A stretch of DNA of 64,000 nt, taken from assembly GCF_006345805.1 (NCBI RefSeq), contig NC_043008.1, forward strand, positions 57,164,001 to 57,228,000, given 5' to 3'. Shown here piece after piece: positions 14,188 to 26,828 of the stretch. Position numbers and translations under genes: made by a program. Under the pieces are notes generated by a model that did not search any database, was not told the DNA's origin, and saw only the letters and a list, made by a program, of their open reading frames with translations. The DNA comes from Octopus sinensis (Eukaryota). The first letter of the stretch is position 1. Each line of letters starts with the position of its first letter.

Positions 14188-14636
14188 TACGACGGGCTTC
14201 TTTCAGTTTCCGCCTACCAAATCCACTCACAAGGCTTTGGTCGGCCCGAGGCTATAGTAGAAGATACTTGCCCAAGGTGCCACGCAGTGGGACTGAACCC
14301 GGAACCATGTGGTTGGTAAGCAAGCTACTTACCACATAGCCACTCCTGCGCCTGTCATTTCAATACGATAACGTTTTGTTTATAATGCTCAAGATATCGA
14401 AATGAATTTTTTCTCTCCTTTCATTCCCGCACTTTCTCCATCAGTGATGTAACACAAGCCTTATTCCTATTTATAAAGGAAGACGTTTGATTATAAACTC
14501 GGTTTTTGATGTCACAAGATGTTGAACCTGTATAATTAAGCGTATTTTTTTTTCAGTTGTTACACCAACTTACATGCAATACTCTTAGTTAAAAAGGCGT
14601 TGCTAAGAGAACAGAGAGATTTATTTCTGAAGCTAC
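13640..14636. mobile_element. Foldback/MITE-like element with ~190-bp inverted arms, interrupted by a SINE
   Basis: 13640-13823 is the diverged reverse complement of 14430-14636 (e.g. GTAGCTTCAGAAATAAATCTCTCTG / CAGAGAGATTTATTTCTGAAGCTAC). Confidence 0.7.
13881..14352 (-). mobile_element. Full-length SINE family A (tRNA head, CORE-like domain, internal microsatellite, CR1-type tail)
   Basis: GGCGCAGGAGTGGCTATGTGG (A box), GGTTCAGTCCC (B box), CCTTGGGCAAGT (CORE-like), tail GGCGGTGCTCCAGCATGGCC...GAAACAAGTAAAAGAG. Confidence 0.9.
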
Positions 14637-15309
14637 GTAATTTAAGGGTCATCTAGGTGTATTAGAGTCGATACTAGTTATTAAACACGGTAAAGAGAGC
14701 TTATTATGTCCATAATTAACAAAAATATGTAAGTGACATATTGTTTCCCAAGATATATTGTAGCTAATACAATTATTAACCATGTGATTATTAAAGGCGC
14801 CGGAGTTAGAACAGTCTAACTGATTGTGAATATACACAATCCTCATTTATCTCAGACTTAACGAAATTACGAGTTGATGACTTTGCAGTCAGCTGTGTCA
14901 AGCTATATCACTCCTTCAATCCTACTTATATTACCGTTGTCACGTGCCAGGTTAGAATTACCTTCGACAATACTAGAAGACGGAGGTCTAAGATTATAGC
15001 AGATAATACAGCTTCAGCTGCCTGGCAGTTGTCATTCGCTCCCACTGAATGCGTGCTTGGAGAATAATTATTATTTTCACAATGTAAATTAGTATTGTAA
15101 CTGGGGATACTACTGTTACAGCCAATATTCATTACTTATTTCCCCATTTTACTATTTATATTTTCTTTGTTATATCCTTTAATGTGGTAGTGCCTCCCTT
15201 AACTAAATGTAAACTCCACCTGCTTGGTTTTTGTTTCTATTTTTGTGTTTTGTTTCTCGTCATTTAATATTATCCTCCATGTTGTGGGCCCCTGTGGCCA
15301 ATAGAAGAA

Positions 15310-15470
15310 ATCATTATTTACATTATTTACATTCGACGGATATTTGTCCTCATCTTGTTTGTTGTTTACACAACTTTTCGGCTGATATACTCTCCAGCCT
15401 TCTTCGGGTGTCTTGGGGAAATTTCGAACCTGGCTTCTCATTCCTAAGGTACTTTTCGATGTTATTGTTA
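15310..15470 (-). repeat. Repeat with degenerate minimal hammerhead motif (core 15376-15407)
   Basis: Minus strand ACAC-CCGAAGA-A-GGCTG-GAGAGTATAT-CAGCC-GAA-AAGT-T-GTGT. Stems I and II are intact; core U4 and the helix III palindrome are altered. Confidence 0.6.
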
Positions 15471-15487
15471 TTATTATTATTATTATT

Positions 15488-15523
<36 letters not shown>

Positions 15524-15654
15524 GCTGTTGTTGTTCATGTCACTGCTTGGAATCGAACTCGGAATCTTGGGGTTAGTAGCTCTTAACCAATACGCCATAT
15601 GCCCGTGGGCATATGGCGTAGTCGTTAAGAGCGCGGGCTCATCATCATCACCAC

Positions 15655-16190
15655 TGAGTAAGAGAGCAGTGCATGCCATCAAAGTGACACTGGGGTAAAA
15701 TATACGAATCCCAGTATACACATTATGACTACCCATCTAATAAGGGTACACCAGGCACATGCATCACAATCATATGAGCACGACATAGTGATCTCACATC
15801 AAGATAAACAGCGCATGACCCTGCAGGTTGGTCCCAGTCACAATTTACGTCTGGTCGAGTAGCCTATCCCGCTCAAAAGATCCCTAAATACGGATTGTTT
15901 AAGGATGTTGAACGAAATACCCAAGTTTCCAGATGTGAATTATTCAACCCCCCTACGCCACAAATTCCTCTCAACACGTGGCTATGAAGCTTCCCCACTA
16001 CCTCTGCTCCTGATGAGAGATGTCCATTTCATCAGCTACCAAGGGATATGCTCAATTGGTCAAACAACTAAGAAGCAAATCTGTGGTATTGAGCGGAATA
16101 TTTGCTATAGCCCATCTTTTACTCCAAGACAAAGCATTTACATGATAACACTTTCAATGAGTGCCAATGCCTTGTACTGAATCAAGACAT
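15655..16190 (-). mobile_element. Family D ~550-bp non-coding AAT-associated element
   Basis: Colinear with 36493-37031 and partial copies at 54053, 54396 and 57930. Confidence 0.8.
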
Positions 16191-16639
16191 ATACTATTAT
16201 TATTGTTGTTATTGTTGTTGTCACATATACCGTGGTTATTACAACCATCACTCCTTATTCTGCATGTACTGTAGTTTTTACTGTAACATTATTTAATATT
16301 TATTCCTTATAATAATGCTGTGGCCATTATGTTTTATGTTAATGAGGTTATTATCATTTTCATAGCTATAGATTCTTACTATTATCATACTGCCTTTACG
16401 AGTAATACTTCTTTTAATTACGCTATTTTCGTTGCTACGGCCTAATACAATATTACGGTTATTGATACCTGCTGCAATTGTTTCAAGATTAGGTAGAGTA
16501 GAAAATGCGACTCTTATCTTTCGTTTATTGGATATATGGTGTTACTCGTTAGATGGGGAGAAACTCCTAAATTATTAAATAGCTGTTTTGAAAGTTTCGT
16601 CACAATACCAGGGTGGATTAAACCATATTATGTTAATAA

Positions 16640-17130
16640 TATTCTTAGGAATAAAAAATGAGAATTGAAAAGATGGAATGTTAATGTTAAAATAGTATCA
16701 TAAAACTTGGAACCTTAAAATTAAATATTAAAAATATAAACTTAATCCTTTAACCTAAATTTTAAAGGATTAAGAAATTAAAAAATCTTAAAAGTTAACA
16801 TTGAAATTAAGAAGTGCAAATTAAAACATTAGAACTAAAAGTATGCGGTATTCAAAAATTCCAAACGTAAGAAGTAAAAGTTAAATAAAACTAAAATTAA
16901 AAGTAAAAATTAAAAATTGAAAAAATTGAAAAAAATTAATAAAAAGAAAGATATTAAACTATTGAGGTAAACATTTTTTTTAATTTTTGAATTTAGAAAT
17001 TAAACATTGAAAATTATGAATAAATTTAGAATTAGATTATAAGAAATAATAAAATAATTTGTATTTTAAAATCTCAAAATTAATGTTAAAAATTCAAAGA
17101 TTAAAAGATTCAAGAATTATTTTAGTCTAA
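16640..17130. repeat. A-rich low-complexity tract (degenerate TTAAAA units)
   Basis: Directly visible. Confidence 0.8.
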
Positions 17131-17151
17131 TCGAAAATTGGTGTATATATT

Positions 17152-17293
17152 TAGTTGTGTGGTAAGAAGCTTGCTTCTCAACCACATAGTTCTGTGCTCA
17201 GTCCCGCTGCGTGGCACCTTGGGTAAGCATCTTCTACCGTAGCTTCGGGCCTTGTAAGTAGATCTGGTAGACAGAAACTGAAAGACGCCCGTC
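17152..17293 (+). mobile_element. SINE family A, 5' part
   Basis: TGTGTGGTAAGAAGCTTGCTTCTCAACCACATAGTTCTG...CCTTGGGTAAGC...GAAACTGAAAGACGCCCGTCG. Confidence 0.8.
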
Positions 17294-17727
17294 GTGCGCG
17301 GCAATACAAGTGGACATTTATTCTTCAAAGCTCTGACTGGGCATGGAGTTAACGGTGAGGCTGCGGAGAATACCACCAGGTGACTTTGGATCAAACAGGA
17401 CAGACTAATGGTTTCCTTCTACTGGGATGCAGGCTGGAATTCGGTCAATCCCGGCTAGGCCAACTGGGCGAGTGGGGTTTGACGGTATATATATATATAT
17501 ATATATATACAAACAAACAAATATATATATAAACACACAAACACACACACACACGAGTAAGCACATGTATGCAAAACAAAATGAAAAAAATAGTACTCGA
17601 ACAGTCTTTGAAGATTTCTGTTGCTTTAATAAAAGAATGTGTAAGCGTATATATATGTGTGTGTGTGTGTGTCTATATGTATGTGTGCGTCTATATGTAT
17701 GTGTGCATATATATACATATGTATATA

Positions 17728-17825
<98 letters not shown>

Positions 17826-18113
17826 CTTCTAATATACGATAACATTTTTTGAAAAAGTTTTATCAAGAGGCCAGCATATTAAAATACCTTTTGAGATGAA
17901 AATTATAGACAATTATGAATAAGGGCACAATAAAAAAAGTTTCTATGCTAATATGCTGATAACGCATTAAAAAAAATTCTGTTAGTTTGCTTTCCTCGAT
18001 TCATCACGATTTGTATTTTATAGTGATGTATATTGTATGTGGTGATTGACGATTTTAAGTCTATTTCTCAGCATATTGGCATAGAATTTTTTTCTTTTGC
18101 CCTTATTTATAAT

Positions 18114-18148
<35 letters not shown>

Positions 18149-19299
18149 ATGTATTTATGGTTTCTGTGGAAATCAATAGACAGATTAAAAGTTCTATATA
18201 TAGGATATGTAAGAAAGTATGAAAAGATCAAGAGGAAGGCATAGAGGTTGGAATAGCAGTATAGCTGAAGTTCAATCACCTGAAACGGTAAAAAGAACGA
18301 ATAAGCAATACCTGCCAAAAAAGAAAAATCACGCACGTATATTTAAATGAAGCTTTAGGGTTATATATTTTTAGAGAAAATAAATATATTTTTGAAGAGT
18401 TTGATTGACGAATTTTACATTCTGTTTGTAGCTTTCATTTTTCTTACATTAATTCTATTTTTCATTCATTCACAAATAGATATTTTATTTTTGAAGAAAT
18501 ATTTTTATTTACGTATATTTCGACAAAAAATATAAAAATTACACCTTGAGATTTGAAATTATATAGCGTAATAAGGCATAACGGTAACTCAATTACAGAA
18601 GTCCCATCGCGTACATAATTTATTGTGCTCAATAATGGAAATCGTTGTACAGCAATCTGTGCAAAGGCTGAGAAATCTAAATGTCTTTGCTAAATAAAAT
18701 ATACGTTGCCAGAGATGTGAAAATCAATACAGATCATTTGGTTAGTAACTGGGAAAATTTATGTCTGATTTATCTAAATATCTCTTAGATATTCCATAAA
18801 GTGCAGTAAAATAACAAATATGTTTAACATTGGCGCAAGGCCATATATTTTGTCGGCTGGGGGGCGCTTGTCGATTAAACTGACTGTTCTTAACTTGATC
18901 TTATTGTAGTAACAGGATATATGAATGATAAAATTCGACCTCGGCTGGACTGAAACACAGCAAGGTTAAAGTTTACATAGCTAAATTCTTGAAGGTTTCT
19001 ATCTATCATCCACTGTTTCAAGACTGCTTTATAAAGAAACCAATAGTGATATTTCAAAATGGTCTTAGGAACTACACGTGATAACATCTAAATATCTTAC
19101 AAACCACACGCCAACCCTTTTTGAAGGAAATTGAGATATGTTAGATAGTATATTATTAGCGACGGAAGCAGTAAGAGTTCCGAATAGTATTGTGTATATT
19201 TCATTTAATTTGAATATATTGTAGAAAGCCGCACAATTCTGGTATTAGTCTCGAGAAATCATCTGATATAGATGTATGATACAGAAAGTAAAGAATAAT

Positions 19300-19540
19300 A
19301 TCAGTGAGCTGGCACAACCGTTAGCACGCCGGGCGAAATACTTAGCGGTATTTCGTCTGCCGCTACGTTGTGAGTTCAAATTCCGCCGAGGTCGACTTAG
19401 CCTTTCATCCTTTTGGGGTCGATTAAATAAATACCAGTTTCGCACTGGGGTCGATATAATCGACTCAATCCGTTTGTTTGTCCTTGTTTGTCCTCGCTGT
19501 GTCTAGCCCCTTGTGGGTAGTAAAGAAATAGGTATTTCGT
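19300..19540 (+). mobile_element. SINE family C (Nin/Deu-domain-like)
   Basis: GAGCTGGCA..CGTTAGCACGCCGGGCG head, then GAGGTCGACTTAGCCTTTCATCCTTTTGGGGTCGA (Nin/Deu-like core), tail TAGCCCCTTGTGGGTAGTAAAGAAATA. Confidence 0.85.
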
Positions 19541-20070
19541 CTGCATTATACGTTTATACGACATGCTTTCTCGAGACGAATGCGGCAGTTGTATGGCTTT
19601 ACACAGTAAATACAAGTTAAATAAAATATACAGAAATACTATACTGGATAATGTTGTCAGGGTGCACTATACTTGAGTAAACTACGGGAGGGTCTCGGCT
19701 GGAATCCCTTTCATCATTGGTCTACTCCTTATGGCCTACATGTGGCCTAACAACAATAACAGTGATATGATTAAATACTATTCTATAGTGATAATGCAAT
19801 GGTGATGATGTGTAAAATAACTCAGGGATGAGAGAAGATGCAGATTAGCATCCGGAAATATTTCATATCTAGGAAAATCAGTTTTTCATATTTCGTTCAT
19901 CTTGTAAAAAACACAATCTTGTCTGCGCGTTAAACGCAGCACTACAAACTAATAAATAGCGACTGAATTTCACTGCAACCAAAATATAGTCTTTAAAGAA
20001 AAATGGATTGAATAATGTAGTTCAAGGTGCACTATTCCTACAAGGAAAGACGATGTGATCATGTTTTGAG

Positions 20071-20950
20071 TCTCTGTGGTTAGAGGGATCGCTTTGCAGC
20101 AACGTTGTTCAGGTTCAGGCTCTCAGCGCAGCACATTGGACAAGTGTCTTGTATTATAGACCCAGGCCGAACAATACCCTGAGAATGAATTTGGTAGACG
20201 ACAACTGAATGGAAGTCCGTCGTTTCTCTGTGTGTATGTGTGTATTTGTGTGTTTATGTGCGCGTGTGTGTATGTATGCATGTATAAGTATATGTGTATG
20301 GGTTTCTGCTTGTTTCCTCGTGAATGCTTGACAACTGGTGTTGATTTGTTTACATCCTCATAACTTAGCTTTCCGACAAAGGTGACTGGTGGAATTAGAA
20401 GGAAATTTATTTTAAAAAATGTCCTGGAGTAAACCTGTTCAACTAAAACTTTCAAAATGATACCTCAGTATGATACCTCAGTATGATACCTCAAAATGAT
20501 ACCGGCGGCGAGCTGGCAGAAACGTTAGCATGCCGGGCGAAATGCGTAGCCGTATTTCGTCTGCCGCTACGTTCTGAGTTCAAATTCCACCGAGGTTGAC
20601 TTTGCCATTCATCCTTTCGGGGTCGATTAAATAAGTACCAGTCACACACTGGGGTCGATATAATCGACTTAATCTGTTTGTCTGTTCTTGTTTGTCCCCT
20701 CTGTGTTTAGCCCCTTGTGGGTAGTAAAGAAATAGGTATTTCGTCTGCCGTTACGTTCTGAGTTCAAATTCCGCCGAGGTCGACTTTGCCTTTCATCCTT
20801 TCGGGGTCGATAAATAAAGTACCAGTTGCGTACTGCAGTCGATCTAATCGACTGGCCCCCTCCCAAAAAATTTCGGGCCTTGTGCCTAGAGTAGAAAAGA
20901 AAACCTTAGTATGGCCGCAATCCAACGACGGATACAAGTAATGGGAAAGA
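20071..20950 (+). mobile_element. Old SINE family A copy split by two family C copies (20504-20900)
   Basis: The family A tail stops at TGATACC (20503) and resumes TTAGTATGGCCGCAATCC (~20905); two family C units lie between. Confidence 0.7.
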
Positions 20951-21599
20951 GAATAAATACGGTAGTATTTTTAATGTCCATTCCTTTAAGTTTGAATCGT
21001 GGCTCAGCGACAGCCATACGTTTCGGTTTCCTCGAGGAGCATTGCTGTTTTGAGTCATACAATTCACACATTGCATTTTAATGGCGTATTTAAAATTCCT
21101 CAGTTGATAGTTACGAATCTTGATCAAGGACTTCACGCTATTTCCGTCTTAATTTCCTGTATGCATGATTATTCCATTGGGTTGTTGTCAATTCGATTCT
21201 TAGCTGGAATGCAGTGTTACAGGTGAATAGTTTTTCTAAACACGGAATACTAAAATGCATTTACGAATAGATACAATGAAATGAGAATAATGTTTACAAT
21301 AACAATTATATCTTCAATCAATGCTTTCTTTACTTGTTCCAATGATTGGACTGCGGTCATGCTGTGGTACTGCTGCAGCATTTACGCGTTTTTGTTTTTT
21401 GTCTTGTCTTTTTTTCTCTTGAATCTGGTTCTTACTCTATCCTCTTTTGCGAAACAGCTGTGTTACGGGAATGTAAACAAACCAACGTCTGCTGCCAAAC
21501 GGTGGAGTATGTGGCAAACACAGACGCAAAGATACTCACACACTGTCTTATATATATGTATATGTACGGTGTGTGTGTGTGTGTGTGTGAATGTGTGTG

Positions 21600-21672
<73 letters not shown>

Positions 21673-21673
21673 G

Positions 21674-21747
<74 letters not shown>

Positions 21748-21750
21748 CAG
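21600..21750 (+). repeat. (GATA)n microsatellite
   Basis: Directly visible. Confidence 0.95.
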
Positions 21751-22217
21751 ACAAACAGACAGATTTAATAACAAGGATACGTAAAGAATTGAGGCCTATC
21801 AAAGAGAGGCACGCTACAATTGTTGGCAAGACAGAATGACAAAAAACACAAAGACAGTTAAGTAATCCATTATCACAGCACGGAATGAAATTATGAAGAG
21901 AAGTTCACTGTGGTCTGGTAATCCATAATTTCAATAGTATCCAAAAGTATCAATGGTAAATGAAACCTTATCCGTGCCGTAAAAGCAGATAGAAATTGTA
22001 GAATAGATAATCTAGTACTGCGACAATAGTTTCATTGAGAGACTTTATCGTTACGTAATGATGGCACTGTTAGGTATGCTATACGCACAACGGTCATTAC
22101 GTTACGTAATATGTTACGCAAGTCTCAGTTCATGTTACGAATACGTGACTATACCATGTTTACAGCACAATGAAGATTCTTGCTGAAACAATTAGAGCGA
22201 TACCAGATAACCCAGTT

Positions 22218-22485
22218 GAGGCTGTGTGGTAAGAAGCTTACTTCCCAATCACATGGTTCCGGGTTCAGTCCCACTGCGTGGCACCTTTAGCGGGCGTCTT
22301 CTACTAAAGTGGATCTGGTAGACGGAAACTGAAAGAAGCTCGTCGTATATATGTGTATGTGTGTTTGTGCGTGTATGTATATATTTGTGTGTGTCTGTGT
22401 TTGTCCCCCAACCATCGCTTGACAACCGATGTTGGTGTGTTTATGTCCACGTAACCTAGCAGTTCGGTCAAAGAAACCGACAGTT
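22218..22485 (+). mobile_element. SINE family A, 3'-truncated
   Basis: GGCTGTGTGGTAAGAAGC...GGTTCAGTCCCACTGCGTGGCACC...GAAACTGAAAGAAGC...CGCTTGACAACCGATG. Confidence 0.85.
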
Positions 22486-22683
22486 GGTTAGATCAATTTT
22501 TCGAGTCAAAATCGGGTGATTTCTACCAAATGAAGTATTGAAAATCATGTTGAACGTTGGGAAGAAGTTGTAAACAACAAGGGTGAATACACTATTGATT
22601 AATTAGTTTTTATTTATTTTATTAAACCTTTTAAAACATTTAAAGTTTTAAAACGGCGGGAATTAAATTGTCAACCCAAAATA
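22486..22683 (+). mobile_element. Mariner 3' remnant with terminal inverted repeat
   Basis: LDQFFESKSGDFY / ERWEEVVNNKGEYTID* across a frameshift; ends AAACGGCGGGAATTAAATTGTCAACCCAAAATA (mariner-type TIR plus TA). Confidence 0.75.
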
Positions 22684-23258
22684 TATATATAAATAAGAGG
22701 AAAGAAAACCAGGTGGATTTCTAATATGCTGAAAATAGACGCCAAATCGTCCTACCACGAAATGTATGTTCCCAAATTGCCATGACGCTAAATGTTTGCG
22801 AGCAAGACAAATGAAAGGAAACAAAAATAGCAGTTATTTTCATACCTTAAGATTTCGCCATAAATAATTTAAGAATCATTTGTGGCTCCTGAGTGAAATC
22901 CTCATGCTAATTTTGAGAATATATTTTTCGTAGTAGGACAGACAGTTGGCGTCTATTTTCAGCATATTAGGAATCGACCTCGTGGTATTTCCTCTTATTT
23001 ATATATTTAAATATAATTTGTAGCCCCCGGAAGTTTTTTTAAGTATGCTGGCTACTGGTTTAAATTAGTATTATTTACAAATAATTTCTATCCTCAATAT
23101 TTAATTTCATATATATATATGTGTGTGTGTGCGTGTGTGTGTGTATATATGTATATATCCATATACATATATATATATATTTTTTTTATTCTAGTTTCAG
23201 CTTATGAGCTGTGGCCATGCTGGGGCACCGCCATTTGGTGTTGCTACTTGGTTTCACT

Positions 23259-26200
23259 TCATGGAGGCTTTCTAGCAACTGCTATTTGGTGCATGAGAGA
23301 GTTCCTTGCAGCTGCCCTCATCTGCCCCTCCTGCCGTGAAGTTGGTTCATCTGGGACACCTGACAGGAAGAGATCCAGCTTCATTTTAAAGACATCTGTA
23401 TCCACCCCATGCAGGTCTCTCAGGTTCTTCGGGAGGATATTGAAGAGCTGTGGGCCTCGGAAGCCCAGGCTATCACAGAATCTTGTCCTACATCTTGATG
23501 GCAGGTTTGGAGTCCTAGGCACCACGCAGTGGCGCCCAGTTCTGGCATTTGCGTAACTCCCGATGCCAAAGTTCAGGACACTTCCCTCCAGGATCTTCCA
23601 GATGTATATTATGGCATATCTTTCCCGCCTACGCTCCAGGGAATATAATTTTAATCTCTTGAGTCTTTCCCAGTAGCTTACATTCTGCATAGAGGCTACC
23701 TTCTTCGTGTAGCTTCGTTGGATCGCCTCAAGTTCTGTGATCAACTTGACACTGGATGGTGACCATAGCTGAGAGCAATAGTCAAAGTGGCTTAGGACAA
23801 GTGTCTTCCAGAGGACCATCATGGTTTCTTGTTCTCTTGTTCTAAAGGTTCTAAGAATCCATCCAGCCAGCCGTCTACATTTCATTGTCAGTTTAGCAAC
23901 ATGTACATGAAAGGTCGCGTCATCACTCATGTGAATACCCAGGTCACGCACTGATTGTGCCTCTGGGATTGCAATCCCTCCGGGTCCAGTGTATTCATTG
24001 GGTATTGCATTCAGTTTTGCATGCTGATAGTATAAAGCTTGAAACTTTCCAGCATTGAACTGCATGCTATTCTTTTCAGCCCACTTGTATATTTCGTCCA
24101 GCTCACATTGCAGGTGTTTAGTGTCCTCAGGGTTCTGTATTGCCTGTGAAACTTTTGTATCATCTGCATAACTTGTGATCGTGGCTCTCTGCGTGGCTGA
24201 GGGCATGTCTGAGAGGGCCATTATGAATAGTAGTGGTCCCAGAACAGTGCCCTGCGGAACACCGCTCACTATTTGTGTGTTAATGGAGGTGGCCCCATTG
24301 GCTACTACCACCTGACTTCTATCCTTCAGAAAGTCATGAAGCCATTCTCCCAGTTTTCCAACTATGTTGAGATCACGCAGTTTGTGACATATCATTCCAT
24401 GATCGACTTTATCAAAGGCCTTTGCAAAGTCGAGATATATCACTTCCACATTTGAGTGGTTGAGCAGCCGTTTCAGCACCCAGTCATAGTGTTGTAGGAG
24501 CTGAGTTAAACAGCTTCTCCCTGGTCGGAAACCATGTTGGGTGTCGGGCAGCAATTCATTCTCTTCAAGGAAGGTGATCAGCTTCCTTCTGACTATTCGT
24601 TCCATGACCTTGCTGATGTGTGAGGTCAGAGAGATAGGTCTCTAGTTCTTGGCTTCCGCTCTGCTACCTCCTTTATGAATGGGGCATATTTTACCTTCCT
24701 TCAGTTTTCCTGGAAGTTTGCCAGCTGCAAGGAAGCTCTGAAAGAGGAACTGCAGTGGTCTTGCTAGGACTCTCTTACATGCTTTTAGGAGGATTGCCGG
24801 GAATCCATCGGGGCCAGTAGCTGAGTCTGTTTTCATTTCATCTATAGCCTTGGTTACATCGTCTTCCTTTATATCGATGTAATCTATCGTCGCCGCCTCT
24901 GATTTTATATCTGCAGTGGTAAAAAAAGTCAGTTGGATTGGTGATTTGGAGATGCCCAAGGGGTGGAGTAAAAACACTCTTGAATTGCTCATTCAGTATT
25001 TCACTTACCCTCATTGGTTTTCCTGTAAGTGTGCCATCCTTTTCGAGGAGTGGCCCTATTCTACAGTGCACTGTAGCTGTTTCTTTGGCATACCTGTAGA
25101 AAGCTCTGGGGTTAGATTTTATGTTTTCTATAGCCCAGGCTTCTTTGTCTGCTCTTTCTTTTTCATGGGAGAGTTGCAGACATTTTTCGATTTCCAACAG
25201 TTTTATTTTTAGGCGGGACTTTTCACTGCTTTCAATCTGTTTGTTTAGGCGATTTGAAAATTTCGTACGCCGTCTCATTAAAATTTTCCTCTCTCTGGGG
25301 ATTTTGTTCTTGTGTACAGTGGCCTTTCTCTCTGGGACACATTTGTAGCATATGGCTTGCATTACATACATGAATTGTTGAAGTTTCACGTCGATGTCTG
25401 GCGAGGAGAGACACTTAGGCCAGTTTTGTTTGAGGATCTCTTTCTCAATTTGTTTCCAGTTTGCCTTATGGTAGTTCAAGCTGGAAAGATTTTGAGGGTT
25501 TCTTGTAGGCTGCATGTCCGTGCTCTTTTTTGGCCCGTACATGGTCAGCTCTATCATGTTGTGATCCGAGAGTAGTGTCGGTGTCACTTTCACATTATGG
25601 ATGAGATCCATGTCATTTGTGAAGCAGAGATCCAGTGTGTTACCTGCCCTGGTTGGTTGGAGTATTACCTGCTCCATGTACAGGGTGTTGATGAGGTTCA
25701 GGAGGGACCTCGCCTGTCCTCGTTCACATCTTGTCATTCCTGGGAGAGAAAGGCCCTCGGGCCATCTGACATTGGGCAGATTGAAGTCTCCCATAAAAAG
25801 CACACCTATGTGTTGTTCTAATGTGGTTAGAATTTCTTCTATTTTTATAAGGCAGTCTTCAAACTTGCCCACATGGCTTGGGGCATCTGGAGGGCGATAT
25901 GTAGCACACACAACTACATCAAGTTGCCTAATATGTACAATTAGTGTGTCACACACCGAGTTTGAGTATGACAAGAGGACCTGGGGTGTGAGGTCCTCAC
26001 GGATGTACATAGCAACACCTCCATGACTCCTTTCTTTCCTGTCGGTCCGTAGTACAGCATACTGTGGTATGTGTAACTCCGCATCTGCTATGTCCGGTTT
26101 CAGGTGCGTTTCCGTAAGTGCTATGCATAAGGCTTGATTGCATGCAACAAAGTCTCTCAGGAACGGGATCTTTGTCCTGTTACTGAGTGTTTGCAGTCCT

Positions 26201-26364
26201 CTGATGTTCAGTAGGAGCATCGAGGTGAGGTGTACGTTGTTGCCGGCGGTGTCCATCCTGTGTCTGTTTGCTGTGGTGGTCTGGTATATAGTGGGTAGTC
26301 CCACCTGCGGGCTTGGGTTTGATGAAGCCAGGTCAGCTGCTGTACAATCTTTTGTGCCATGCAC
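23259..26364 (-). pseudogene. ORF2 (APE endonuclease plus reverse transcriptase) with two lesions
   Basis: EN motifs LLNIRGL, ALTETHL, GGVAMY, YRPP, GDFNLP, PTRAGNTLDL, SDHNMI; RT motifs QHGFRPGRSCLTQL, YLDFAKAFDKVDH, SGVPQGTVLGPLLF, YADDTK. There is a +1 frameshift in the A7 run at 24921-24927 and a TAG at 24642-24644 in place of the Y of NYRPISLTS. Confidence 0.93.
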
Positions 26365-26828
26365 AAAAAAGATTGTTGCTCAGCAGCTGCTCTTTCGACA
26401 ACATCATGTTGGCGGTTTGTGGCGCGCACAACATCTGCGTACCTCCGCTTTGGGGCAGGTGGTGCGTGGTCCATCCCTTTTCTTTGTGTTGATGGTTTGT
26501 CCATCTGCCTCGTATCTCTGTGGCAGGGTCCCCGATGTGCAAAGCGGCAGCCTGCACCTTCCTTTCCATGCCAGCAGGAACCTCTCAGGTAGAACATACA
26601 CAACCGTGTGCGCTGTTTGGTTCCATCCTTTGCGGTTCCACTTCTATTCCTGGTTGTTTCACCTTTTGGTCCTGCTTGAGCTTTTTCTTTTCCTTTAGCT
26701 CTTCCAGTCCTTCTTTTAGTTCTTCTTCCTCCCTCTACCTCTTCACCGGGTTCTCCGTCTCCATGGCCCTTGCTGCCGGTTGGAGAACTTGCACCTGGGT
26801 TCACTTCCCGGGCAGGTTTCTCATTCAA
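26208..26828 (-). CDS. LINE ORF1-like protein with CCCH zinc finger
   Basis: CMFYLRGSCWHGKEGAGCRFAH = C-x7-C-x8-C-x3-H in a basic, low-complexity protein upstream of and overlapping ORF2. The start codon is uncertain (TTG in the track). Confidence 0.7.
   Translation of the reverse strand: MNEKPAREVNPGASSPTGSKGHGDGEPGEEVEGGRRTKRRTGRAKGKEKAQAGPKGETTRNRSGTAKDGTKQRTRLCMFYLRGSCWHGKEGAGCRFAHRGPCHRDTRQMDKPSTQRKGMDHAPPAPKRRYADVVRATNRQHDVVERAAAEQQSFLCMAQKIVQQLTWLHQTQARRWDYPLYTRPPQQTDTGWTPPATTYTSPRCSY

Noticed and set aside
21104-21222. Plus-strand exon-like bracket (CAG...CAG|GTGAAT)
   Set aside because: A single open frame with no recognisable protein and no partner exons.
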